Positions 47,430 to 56,958 of a stretch of DNA of 64,000 nucleotides are shown piece after piece. This DNA is from Bradymonadia bacterium. Lineage in GTDB: Bacteria > Myxococcota_A > Bradymonadia > UBA7976 > UBA1532. The stretch is from NCBI GenBank assembly GCA_046290225.1, contig JBKAGE010000040.1, forward strand, positions 1 through 64,000, read 5' to 3'. The translations under genes and the position numbers were made by a program. Under the pieces are notes generated by a model. It saw only the letters and a list, made by a program, of their open reading frames with translations. It made no database searches and was not told the origin of the DNA. Each line of letters starts with the position of its first letter. The first letter of the stretch is position 1.

Positions 47430-49853
47430 TCAGTAGCATGCCCCCACGCCTGTGAAATCACGTCGGCACTCCAGGCCCTCGGGGCACTCGGCGGTGTCAT
47501 CACAGCCGGGAGCACATGCCATGAAAGGTTGGAGCGGATCTCGAGTGAGGTTGACGCACCGCTGCCCTTCGGCGCACGGCGCTGTACTGCAGAGCTGGCT
47601 GCAACGCCCCCCGGCATAAGCGGTGAGGCAGATCCCCGTGGCGCAGGCGCTGTTGGCTTCGCACGGTGTCATCACAGCCCCCTCGCCTTGAGGCAGACAT
47701 GCACCGATGGGGGTCTCCTGAAATACAGAGGCGCACACCTCACCGTCTGTACACGGCAAGGTGTCTGCACGACATGGCGCTCGGCAACGCGCCCCCTGAC
47801 CATCTCCGACATCGAGGCAGACCCAACCCGAGGCATCACAATCAGGCCCGGCCTCACACTCAGCGCCTACAGGCGCCGCTTCAGGCTCAGGGAGAGCACA
47901 CACCCCCGTGCCATCGAGGCTGACCGGTGCACACAGCTCCTCAGGGGCACACGACGCGTCACCGAGCGCACACCCGAAAAGACACATCTCCCCCCCGAGC
48001 ACTGAAGTGCATGTCGACATCTCCGGGCATGCGCCCCCGTCGCCACACGGCGCAGTACACCGGCGGCCCCGACAGATCCCGGAGCTGCACACATCGCCTG
48101 TCTCACACACTGCACCCGGCGCACTCTCACCGACAGCAAGGCACCACGCACCAGGGCCCAACGTCACACAGCGCTGGCCATCCTCACATGTATCCGCCAC
48201 ACACCGAGGCCGGCACCGGCCATCGAGACACAGACCCGAAGCACACATCGAAGCATCGATGCACGCCTCACCATCAGCCACGTCGCCGGGTTGTTCGCAC
48301 TGGCCCGGGAGTCCCTGGGCCCTCTGACACCTGAAGCCAGGCCGGCAATCGAGATCGACCTCGCATTGGGGTGTGCACTGACCGGCCCGACAGAGCAGCC
48401 CTTCCGGACACAGCCCCTCCGGGCATGGTGGTGCACAGCGCCCGCGGGTACAGAGCAAACCCTCGGCACATGCCTCGGGCTCGTCCTCACAGGCCGCCCC
48501 TGCAGGCCGAGCCTCAGGGGCTGCACAGCGCGGACCTCGGGCAAAATCGAAGCACTGTGCACCTGCAGGGCAGAGACCGTCGTCGCACGCTGCGATACAG
48601 CGCCCTTCGAGGCATGTGCCGCTGATGCACTGCTCGTCGAAGGCACAGACATCACCCGCAGAGGCGGCGCCCCGCAGTAGACAGATCGGGCCACTTGGAA
48701 ACGACAGGCTGCAGTATGCGCTCGAAGGGCAGTCGTCATCGTCGGCGCAGCTCGGGTAGCAAAAGGCTCCTTCGAGGAATGTGGCGCACGTCGCCCCCTC
48801 GGGGCATGACCCTTCAGCGCAGGCAGGCATACAGCGGCCCGCAGCACACAGGCCGGTCTCACATTCGCCATCCTGTCGGCAATCGGCTCCGACGAGCACC
48901 GGCCCTCGATCGACGCACCGGCCCCCAGCGATGTCCACGAGGCAGGTCTCTGCAGGCGGACACGGCGTCTGTGCATCGCAGCGTTGCTGGCACAGCCCGT
49001 CGTCACACAGCGCGCTCTCACAGTCGAGATTGCGCTCACATGGCTCTCCAGAGGCCAACGCGCCTCGGGTGGCGCACAACCGCCGGCCCCCAGAGACGAC
49101 ACAGACACCGCTCTCGCCGCAGTCTGCAGAGGTGGCGCACAAGCGCTCGCAGAGGGCGAGCTGTTCGAAGACCACACATCGCCGGTCGTCCTCACAGCGC
49201 TCTGTCTCGGTACACGCGGAGGCACACCGCCCGCCCCGACAAATCCCAGAGCGACAATCCTCTCCCACTGCACAGGGCGCTTCTGCCAGCCCATCACCCG
49301 CAGCAACGCACACCGATTGCGTGTGCAGTGGCAGGCAGGCCTGCCCCGAGGGGCACTCACCTGCTTCACATGCGCCGAGGCACTGACCCTCAGCGCACAC
49401 CCAGGTGGCGCAGTCGGCCGCGAGCGTACACGCATCACCGGCGCCACCGGGCCCTGGTGCGACACACATCCCCAGGCTCGGGCCGAGCACGGCACACAGC
49501 TGATCTCCAGGGCAAGTGCCCGGGCCTTCACACACGCCCGCACACCATTGACCATCGGCCCGTTCGAGACACGCAGGTGTCAGCTCCGGGCAGTCGTCGT
49601 CGGTCTCACAGGCTTCGGTACACACCCCCTGTACGCACTCGCCTCGGGCGCACTGCAGCGTCTGTCCACACGAGGCGCCAGGGGGCAGTGGCCCCCGAGC
49701 AGCATCTGGTGGCTCGACGTCTGCGATCTCGGCATCAGGAGGCGCGGCATCAGCGGGTGCAGCGTCGGAGGTGTCATCACATCCCCACAACACCAGGAAG
49801 AGCGGGGCCAGGGCGAGCAGCGCTGGCGCCCACCGGATCTTGTGTTTTGTCAT
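47430..49853 (-). CDS. Very Cys-rich repeat lipoprotein
   Basis: Lipobox LWGC; about 12 repeats of GxxC...CxSGxC..GRC...C. Confidence 0.8.
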   Translation of the reverse strand: MTKHKIRWAPALLALAPLFLVLWGCDDTSDAAPADAAPPDAEIADVEPPDAARGPLPPGASCGQTLQCARGECVQGVCTEACETDDDCPELTPACLERADGQWCAGVCEGPGTCPGDQLCAVLGPSLGMCVAPGPGGAGDACTLAADCATWVCAEGQCLGACEAGECPSGQACLPLHTQSVCVAAGDGLAEAPCAVGEDCRSGICRGGRCASACTETERCEDDRRCVVFEQLALCERLCATSADCGESGVCVVSGGRRLCATRGALASGEPCERNLDCESALCDDGLCQQRCDAQTPCPPAETCLVDIAGGRCVDRGPVLVGADCRQDGECETGLCAAGRCMPACAEGSCPEGATCATFLEGAFCYPSCADDDDCPSSAYCSLSFPSGPICLLRGAASAGDVCAFDEQCISGTCLEGRCIAACDDGLCPAGAQCFDFARGPRCAAPEARPAGAACEDEPEACAEGLLCTRGRCAPPCPEGLCPEGLLCRAGQCTPQCEVDLDCRPGFRCQRAQGLPGQCEQPGDVADGEACIDASMCASGLCLDGRCRPRCVADTCEDGQRCVTLGPGAWCLAVGESAPGAVCETGDVCSSGICRGRRCTAPCGDGGACPEMSTCTSVLGGEMCLFGCALGDASCAPEELCAPVSLDGTGVCALPEPEAAPVGAECEAGPDCDASGWVCLDVGDGQGARCRAPCRADTLPCTDGEVCASVFQETPIGACLPQGEGAVMTPCEANSACATGICLTAYAGGRCSQLCSTAPCAEGQRCVNLTRDPLQPFMACAPGCDDTAECPEGLECRRDFTGVGACY

Positions 49854-49889
49854 GCGTTCAGCGGGGGCACACATGGCGCCGAGAGTAGA

Positions 49890-51638
49890 TCAACGCTCCG
49901 CTTCAGAGACAGGTCTCTCCGCAAGGGGGGCGTATGAGGCGGGGACATCTTCAAGGGGGATCGCGCTGAAGGGGGCCAGCACGGGCTCGGTGTCTACAGG
50001 GGCCGTGGCGAGATCCTGCCCGGGCATTTCACCGGCCACTCGACGACCTCTCAGCAATGAAGCGCTGGTCCGTGGGGCGCACCACATGCCATCCGAGGTC
50101 CGAGCCCACCATACGCCCTTCTCCTGAGCCTTCTCGCCGGCGAAGGTGTACTTCCAGCGCCGAGCCCTCAGCTGTCGTGGAGGCGTCCTGGGGAACGGGT
50201 TCTTCTCGAAGAGCGACAAGACCTCGGCATCGTTACTCGCCAAACCTCTCATCAACCCATCAAGCCAGTAGGGCTTCGAAGAGCGTCGACGATCCTGTCG
50301 ACAGTCCGATCCGAGAGAAGGCGCCCACATGTGCCAGTCGAGGCGGGGCATGTGGAACCCGGTGAAGGCCGGCGCGGTCTTGAGATCACCAGGCTTGTAC
50401 TTGAAAACGTACGGCTTCCAGGTTCGGCCATCGGCGGAGCCCTCGATGGAGATCTCCACCCGCTCGCTCACCACCTGGGCGAAGAGCCCGTAGGGCCCCG
50501 AGGCCATACGCCACGGCCGCACGTAACCATCGACAGTCTGGGCCCACCCGGGCAGCTCCATCCGGCTCGCCTCGAGAATCTTGCCCACGCTGTGGGGCAC
50601 ATAGAGCAACATGACCAGCACGGCGGCCACAGCCGCCCCGTGCCCCAGGCCCTGCTTCATCTTTTCTTTGGTCGGCACCTTGGGCTTCTTGGGCTTTTTC
50701 TTCTTCTTGGCCTTCTTGCCCTCTTCGGGCTTCGGCGCAGGCGCCGCCTCTGCCTTCGGTGCTTCCTTGGGCTTGGGGAACCACTTCGCCTTCACCTTGC
50801 CAGGCATGATCTTCGCCAGCGCCTTGTCGTCGATGATGACCAGGCAGAGCGTAAGCACCAGCAAGTTGAAGAAGCCGTAATTCCCCGTGGCGGCGAAGAT
50901 GATCTGCAGCCCCACGAGGGGCACGAAGGCCCAAACCCGCAGTTTTCTCGGGGCGAAGAGCAGCAACGGCACCACCAGCTCGATGATCAACGTGATGGCC
51001 ACCGAGGCCTGATGGAACCAGCTCGGCAGCTGATGGGCATACCAGGCCACGCGATGGGGCAACGGCTGGGTCCAGTAGTGCAACGTGGTGGCCTGCAGAC
51101 CCACCCAGGCCTCATCAAGGTTCACCAGCTTCACCATGCCCGAGGAGAACATGAGCTTGAACAGCGCCACCCTCAACACCCAGGGTGCGAGCTTGGGGAT
51201 CTTCCCACCAAGACCCGGTCTCAGCCCCATGGGGGCCCAGAGCAGGGAGAGCAACGCCACCTCGGCGAGCAATACATCCCACTGATAGCTCATGAAGCTG
51301 CCGCTGAGGTTGATGAGCGATGCATAGAGCACCCAACCCACGAGCAGTGAGACCTGAGGCAACAGGTTGAACATGAGCAGGGCGGAGACGATGGCCCCAC
51401 CAGCACACATGAGATCGAGGGCGGTCTCTCCTGCCCCGAGCCAGCCCAGCGTGGGGGCCCGCCACCACGCAAAGGAGCCACCCGAGGTCAGGCTCGCTCG
51501 AACACCATCGAGATATTGCTCTGCTGGGAGCACGCCCGTAGGGCCAGAGAGCCCCTGAATCTGCACCCACAGCGAGATGAAGGCCAGGAGCATGATGGCC
51601 CCGAGCAGGCGCAGATACAGCCATCTGGTCCTGAGCAT
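49890..51638 (-). CDS. Lipase maturation factor (LMF1) family membrane protein
   Basis: FMSYQWDVLLAE, FSSGMVK, HYWTQPLP, TGNYGFFN, YGLFA, YKPGD, HMPRLDW. Confidence 0.92.
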   Translation of the reverse strand: MLRTRWLYLRLLGAIMLLAFISLWVQIQGLSGPTGVLPAEQYLDGVRASLTSGGSFAWWRAPTLGWLGAGETALDLMCAGGAIVSALLMFNLLPQVSLLVGWVLYASLINLSGSFMSYQWDVLLAEVALLSLLWAPMGLRPGLGGKIPKLAPWVLRVALFKLMFSSGMVKLVNLDEAWVGLQATTLHYWTQPLPHRVAWYAHQLPSWFHQASVAITLIIELVVPLLLFAPRKLRVWAFVPLVGLQIIFAATGNYGFFNLLVLTLCLVIIDDKALAKIMPGKVKAKWFPKPKEAPKAEAAPAPKPEEGKKAKKKKKPKKPKVPTKEKMKQGLGHGAAVAAVLVMLLYVPHSVGKILEASRMELPGWAQTVDGYVRPWRMASGPYGLFAQVVSERVEISIEGSADGRTWKPYVFKYKPGDLKTAPAFTGFHMPRLDWHMWAPSLGSDCRQDRRRSSKPYWLDGLMRGLASNDAEVLSLFEKNPFPRTPPRQLRARRWKYTFAGEKAQEKGVWWARTSDGMWCAPRTSASLLRGRRVAGEMPGQDLATAPVDTEPVLAPFSAIPLEDVPASYAPLAERPVSEAER

Positions 51639-51642
51639 GGGA

Positions 51643-52236
51643 TCACCTCGTCATGAAGTAGAAGATCAACGCCCCGATGGCCACACCGGCCAACAACCCC
51701 ACGAACAGTATCGAAGAGCTGTTCGAAGCGGCGGGCTGCGATGCTGCGGGTGTTGAAGGGGTGGCGGCCGCTGGCGCAGAGGCCGCGCCGGACTCGGCCT
51801 GCTCCCGCTCCCGCTCAGCCTGCTCTCGGAACTTCTGCAACTCATTCGCAGACAGAGAGGTGGTGGCGATGGGGCTGCGCCGAGGTTTAGTGGCCACAGG
51901 CTCTGCAGGAGTTGCAGGAATCAAAGTGTCAGTGGACGGGCCGGCGCTGGGGTTGAACACGACTGTGAACTTGCCCAACTGCACGTGATCATTCTCGGCG
52001 AGACGCCACCGTTTCACAGGCTCGCCGTTGGCGAACATGCCATTGCCGCTGCCCAGATCGCTGATGATGAAATCAGCGCCATCGAACTCCACGGCGGCGT
52101 GGGCCCGAGAGATGGCGGGGTTGTCGATGACGATGTCTTGATCTTCATCGCGCCCAATGGTGGTGACCACCTTGGTGATGGGCGTACGCTTGATCTCTCG
52201 ATCCTGCATTTTGATGATCAACTCTGCCATCTGCAT
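51643..52236 (-). CDS. FHA domain protein with C-terminal TM
   Basis: IGRD, ISRAHA, DLGSGNG; hydrophobic C-terminus. Confidence 0.9.
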   Translation of the reverse strand: MQMAELIIKMQDREIKRTPITKVVTTIGRDEDQDIVIDNPAISRAHAAVEFDGADFIISDLGSGNGMFANGEPVKRWRLAENDHVQLGKFTVVFNPSAGPSTDTLIPATPAEPVATKPRRSPIATTSLSANELQKFREQAEREREQAESGAASAPAAATPSTPAASQPAASNSSSILFVGLLAGVAIGALIFYFMTR

Positions 52237-52454
52237 GCACTCCTTGGCGGCAGGATAAACCGACTTTCGAAAAAGCGCACATTTCCGCAGATCTCGACTC
52301 CCTGTGGAAGGGTCTGGAGGATGAAGTGCACGTCTTCGAGACCGTCCATCAGGACGTCACCAAGTGAGCGCGGCCTTGAGTCGTTCTGTCATACTTTGAG
52401 CATTTGCTTTGCGCCTCAGGCTCGCTTGTTTTGAGTGTGGTGGTGGCTTCGTCG

Positions 52455-52783
52455 GTCGCTCCGCTGGCAAGAGAGTTTCGGGCACGGGCACGGGCACGGG
52501 CACGGGCACGAGTTGATTCGGGTGTGGACCCGCGGCCTGCCCTGAACTCAGAACAAAGGTTGTCATTGAAGCTGGGATGCTGCGTTTCAGAACGACCATA
52601 GAGTTCAGTTAATGGAGCGCATTGAGGATCAAAGTCTGCGCTGAGAAGAACGCAGGACCGAGTAGAGCCTCCACCATCACAAGCCTACGAGCGGAGTCAA
52701 GCAGGACCACGGGCCCACACCCGAATCAACTCGTGCCCGTGCCCGTGCCCGTGCCCGAAAACTCTCTTTGCGAGCGCAGCGAG
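52455..52783. repeat. Inverted REP doublet / REPIN- or MITE-like element with (GTGCCC)n arms
   Basis: 52455-52540 is an imperfect reverse complement of 52701-52783 (5 vs 4 hexamers plus shared GAGTTGATTCGGGTGTGG); 160-bp spacer. Confidence 0.85.
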
Positions 52784-52847
52784 TACACACCCAAATCCAT
52801 TGCGGACAGTTCCCCCCTGCTCAACAACCGCACCACCCCTGCCCAGC

Positions 52848-54098
52848 CTAACCCTCCAGCAACCAGTCGAGCACCAGCGCCGCCGTCCACGCGAACCCCT
52901 TTGCGCCGAGCCCTTCACCAGTCAATGGCTGGTAATACTCCCTGAACCCACCCGAGCGGACCAGCTCCGTGGCCTTCTCCCGCACCCCGTCCACATGGGG
53001 CGCCAGCAGCCAGTCGATGTTGATCCAGGTGGGACCACGCCAGTAACGCCGCGCATCGAAGGGTGAAGTGTCAGGTGCCGTGCTCGGGAGCGGGTGAGCG
53101 ACATCATAGCGCGCCGCCAGGCCCGACTTCAGGGCCGCAGTGATCTCATCCGACCAGTCCAACATCAGCGGCACATAGCCACCGATGACATCCACAGTGA
53201 TGGGCGCATCGGCAATCGCGTCGTAATAGATGAAGCGACCCAGATCACTGCGCCAGAGATGATCTCGCAGACCCGCTCGAAGCCGATCAGCACGGGCATC
53301 TGCCTCGGAGGCCAGCTCAGTGAGACCGCACTTCCGGGCCAGCTCGGCGAGATCCTGCTCTCCACGGGCGAGGATCGCAGTCATCAGCGGATCGTAGACC
53401 GCGAAGCCACTCCCAGGGCCGAAACCATCAGCGGCGATGTCGTGCACCATCACCGCATAGCGCTTGTAATCATCATCCGTGGGGCGCTCGCTGGGATCGT
53501 CCACGCGGTCGATGTCCACCCGCTTGAATGCGGGGGCACGACTGGGATCAACCGCCTGCATCGGAGCATCCCAGGCAGGGCAGTTGTCGAGGCCGCTCTC
53601 CCAGGGGTGCACCACCGCCACAGCACCCCAGTTCGAGGGATCGCGGTGCTCGGCGAACCACGTGTGGCTTCGGGCCATGGCGTGCACCAGCGGCGTGAAG
53701 CGCTCGACATCAGGCAGCGACTCGAAGACCTGCAGCGCCGCCGTGGCCCAGATCGGAGGTTGAGTGATGCTGGTGGATCGCTCCGTCTTCCAGAACTCGG
53801 GCCCCGGGAAGTACTCACCGGAGAGATCGTGGAAGTAGATGTGGGGCACCCGGCCATCGGGCCAGGCCCCCTTCATGAGCACCTCGAGCTCCACCAGGGC
53901 CCGATCAGGATCCACGTGACGCCAGCCGATGGCGGCGAAGGCGGAATCCCAGGCCCACTGGTGAGGATACAGGTGGCCCGAGGGGATCGTGTGGCGCCCC
54001 CAGGCGTTGGGGCGATCGTTGTCGCGGAGCACCGCGATGGCGGCCTCGGCGAGGGCTCGATCACCGTCGTTCAAATCACGAAGCGAGCGTTTCGACAT
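52848..54098 (-). CDS. GH63-like glycoside hydrolase (mannosyl/glucosyl-glycerate hydrolase type)
   Basis: LYPHQWAWDSAF, ITQPP, HPWESGLDN, YWRGPTW, FREYY, FAWTAA. Confidence 0.88.
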   Translation of the reverse strand: MSKRSLRDLNDGDRALAEAAIAVLRDNDRPNAWGRHTIPSGHLYPHQWAWDSAFAAIGWRHVDPDRALVELEVLMKGAWPDGRVPHIYFHDLSGEYFPGPEFWKTERSTSITQPPIWATAALQVFESLPDVERFTPLVHAMARSHTWFAEHRDPSNWGAVAVVHPWESGLDNCPAWDAPMQAVDPSRAPAFKRVDIDRVDDPSERPTDDDYKRYAVMVHDIAADGFGPGSGFAVYDPLMTAILARGEQDLAELARKCGLTELASEADARADRLRAGLRDHLWRSDLGRFIYYDAIADAPITVDVIGGYVPLMLDWSDEITAALKSGLAARYDVAHPLPSTAPDTSPFDARRYWRGPTWINIDWLLAPHVDGVREKATELVRSGGFREYYQPLTGEGLGAKGFAWTAALVLDWLLEG

Positions 54099-55662
54099 AG
54101 AGCGTGCACACCAGGATGAAGATGAAATATCCGAACAAGAGGGCGTGAGTGCCCAACCATTTACGCTCTTCGGCGAGCACGCCGGAGAGCGAGAGCGTGT
54201 AGGCGTCGGCCTGGGCCTTGGGCACCGGCGGGCGCATATAGCTCAGCAGATTCGTCGCCACAACCGTGACGAAGAGCCCCGTGACGTTCCACCACATCCA
54301 GTAGAGATCGTCTTCGAAGGCCAGCCATAAGAACACGTTGAAGCCCACCCCGGCCACCACCCCGCCGAGTACGCCGAAGGCGTTGGCCCGGCGGCTGAAC
54401 AGCCCGACGAGGAACGCCGCGAGGATGGGCCCGTAGAAGGCCGAGCCCACTTTGTTGATCACCTCGACGATCGTGTCCTGACCACCGAAGAGGAAGGCGC
54501 TGGCAGTGATGATCGCCCCCCAGACGATGGTGGTCATGCGGCCCACCGACAGGCGCTGCTCCGGCTTCAGGGGGTGCAGCTTCTCGATGAAGTCCTGCAT
54601 GGTGGCCGCGGAGAGCGAGTTCAGGGCCGAGTCGAGGCTGGACATGGCCGCGGCGAGCATGGCGGCGAGCAGCACCGCCCGCAGGCCCTCGGGCAGCCGG
54701 TTGAGGATGAACCACGTCACGAGGTTGTCGGGATCACCCCCCACCGCCGCCTGCATGTCGGGGGCGTTGATGTATGCCGCCCCGAGGGCCACGCCGAGGG
54801 CGAGGTAGAGCAGCGTGAGAGGGAACCGGGCGATGCCGTTGAACACCAGGGCCCGGCGGGTGTCGGCCATAGTGGGGGCCGAGAGCTCGCGCTGGGCCTG
54901 GCTCTGATCGACGCCGTAGTACGAGATGTAGAGACACAAACCGCCGATGAGGAAGCCCCAGAACGGCGCCTGGCTGCCGTCGAAGATGCCCGTACCCGGA
55001 TCGTATCCACGCCAGCGCTCTGCAGGCAGGGCCTCCATCACCGCGCCGACGCCGCCCACCTCGTCGACGGCGAGCCAGATGCACGCCACCAGCCCGCCGA
55101 GGAGCACCGCCATCTGAATCACGTCGGAGTACACCACGGCGGTCATGCCCCCGATGGTGTCGTACACCACCGTCACCACCCCGATGATCACAATGGTCTG
55201 CCACAGCTCGATGCCCAGACACACCTGCAGCACCTTGGCGCTGGCGTAGATACCCACGCCGGTGCCCAGGCCTCTGCTGAGCAGGAAGACTGCACTCAGA
55301 AAATATCTGACGCTGGGGCCGAAACGCATCTCGAGATACGCATAGACACTCACCAGTTCGAGCTTTCGGAAGAACGGTAACAGGCACACCATCACCACGA
55401 TCATGGCCAGGGGCACCGCCAGCTCATATTGCAGCCAGGTGAGCCCACCGCCCTCCTTGAGGGCCACGAAGGCAGGAATGCTGATGAAACTGATCACCGA
55501 GGTCTGTGTGGCCATGGTGGAGATGCCCACCGCCCACCAGGGCAGATTTCGACCACCGACGTAGTAGTCCTCGTCGTTTTCCTGCCCTCGCCCCAGATAC
55601 ACGCTCAGGGCCACCATCCCCACCATGTAGGCGACGATGATGCCCCAGTCTAATGTGCTCAT
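54076..55662 (-). CDS. Sodium:solute symporter
   Basis: YYVGGRNLPWW, GGMTAVVYSDVIQ, DQSQAQR, AAMSSLDSALNS; many TM. Confidence 0.93.
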   Translation of the reverse strand: MSTLDWGIIVAYMVGMVALSVYLGRGQENDEDYYVGGRNLPWWAVGISTMATQTSVISFISIPAFVALKEGGGLTWLQYELAVPLAMIVVMVCLLPFFRKLELVSVYAYLEMRFGPSVRYFLSAVFLLSRGLGTGVGIYASAKVLQVCLGIELWQTIVIIGVVTVVYDTIGGMTAVVYSDVIQMAVLLGGLVACIWLAVDEVGGVGAVMEALPAERWRGYDPGTGIFDGSQAPFWGFLIGGLCLYISYYGVDQSQAQRELSAPTMADTRRALVFNGIARFPLTLLYLALGVALGAAYINAPDMQAAVGGDPDNLVTWFILNRLPEGLRAVLLAAMLAAAMSSLDSALNSLSAATMQDFIEKLHPLKPEQRLSVGRMTTIVWGAIITASAFLFGGQDTIVEVINKVGSAFYGPILAAFLVGLFSRRANAFGVLGGVVAGVGFNVFLWLAFEDDLYWMWWNVTGLFVTVVATNLLSYMRPPVPKAQADAYTLSLSGVLAEERKWLGTHALLFGYFIFILVCTLYVETLAS

Positions 55663-55705
55663 ATTTCACTCCGTTACGCGGTTCCCTACCCTGCCTCAAA
55701 GCGGG

Positions 55706-55727
55706 TGACTTTTTAAGTCAATATTGA
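55706..55727. promoter_or_regulatory. AT-rich palindromic operator candidate
   Basis: TGACT-N5-AGTCA (55706-55720) overlapping TCAATATTGA (55718-55727) between divergent genes. Confidence 0.4.
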
Positions 55728-55827
55728 GCGACAGATGACACCGGCACACATCAACCTCACAGGAGGCAATGCCGAGACATTTTCCATCTGCCCGAGGGAG
55801 ACGGGCCTGATGGACCATGGAGTGTGA

Positions 55828-56949
55828 ATGTTCCGCACGCTGTCGATTTGTTTGACGACCCTGATCGCCACCACTGCTTGTGCCCCTGAGGACTCCACGA
55901 CAACAGAGACACCGACATCGAACGCCACGGGATCCTCCTTCGAGATCAGCCGGGAAGCGCTGATCAACGGGTTGGACACCTTCGATCGGCCTGAAGCGGG
56001 CTTCATCGATCTCAGCGGTGGGCTGTGCACTGCCACCTTGATTCGCCCCAACGTGGTGCTCACCGCCGCCCACTGCATCGACTATCAATCGGGCGAAGCG
56101 CGGCCAGGGCGCACCCTCGGCGCCTTCATCATCGAACGGGGCCCCAGCGAGGGCTACGGCTTCCCCATCGACGCCTTCGCGAGCTTTGGCGGGGATCTCG
56201 GCCGTCGTGACGTGGCGCTGCTTCGCCTCGCTCAGCCTGTGCCGCCACAAATCGCCACGCCCACCGCCATTGCCACCCGGGGTGCCCGAGGCGGCGAGTC
56301 CGTCGAGTGGTATGGCTATGGGTGTGGCAATCGCCGCTTCGGCGGTGACGCCCGCACCGGCACCAAGCAGAAGTTGAGCTTCGCGTTCCAGCAAAGCGCC
56401 AACAGCTGCCCGGGTGACTCTGGTGGCCCCACCTTTTTTGGTGAGAATGGCCCTGTGTTTCGCGTGACCAGTGGTTACTTCGGTGGCTCGGGCATCGACA
56501 TCTTCGGTGATCCCACCCTCATCAAAGATCAGCTCGACGCCCTCGCCGATGATTGGGCCGCTCGGGCCGAACCGCCAGCCCCAGGCGCCGACGAGCCCGT
56601 GGAGTCGCCTGAAGGTCCCGAGCAAGCTCAGATCCTCCAAGCTGTCACCGACAATCAACTGGTGTACGTCGAGTGGGCCGACACCGACGACGCCGATTAC
56701 GCCCAGGTCTTGATCGTGCTCGACGAGGCGGGCGGGGTGGGCACCTTCATCTACGAGATCAACGGCGGAGAGCGCACCGACGAGGGCAACCTCTTCGGGT
56801 TCTTCCGCGTGAGCGCGCTCTGCACCGCCATCGACGAGGCCGACCTCGGTGATGGCCCTCATCGCGTGGTGGCCCAGGTCTGGCCCGGCGTCGACCAGGA
56901 GCGCGCCGACGGCCAGCTGCTCAACCAGACCATCGACTGCGCACCCTGA
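55828..56949 (+). CDS. Trypsin-like S1 serine protease lipoprotein
   Basis: TTAC lipobox; LTAAHC, DVALL, GDSGGP. Confidence 0.9.
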   Translation: MFRTLSICLTTLIATTACAPEDSTTTETPTSNATGSSFEISREALINGLDTFDRPEAGFIDLSGGLCTATLIRPNVVLTAAHCIDYQSGEARPGRTLGAFIIERGPSEGYGFPIDAFASFGGDLGRRDVALLRLAQPVPPQIATPTAIATRGARGGESVEWYGYGCGNRRFGGDARTGTKQKLSFAFQQSANSCPGDSGGPTFFGENGPVFRVTSGYFGGSGIDIFGDPTLIKDQLDALADDWAARAEPPAPGADEPVESPEGPEQAQILQAVTDNQLVYVEWADTDDADYAQVLIVLDEAGGVGTFIYEINGGERTDEGNLFGFFRVSALCTAIDEADLGDGPHRVVAQVWPGVDQERADGQLLNQTIDCAP

Positions 56950-56958
56950 GCGCTCGGA

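Noticed and set aside
52357..52945. Small ORFs with PVPVPV, GHGHGH or ARARAR
   Set aside because: Translations of the GTGCCC repeat, not genes
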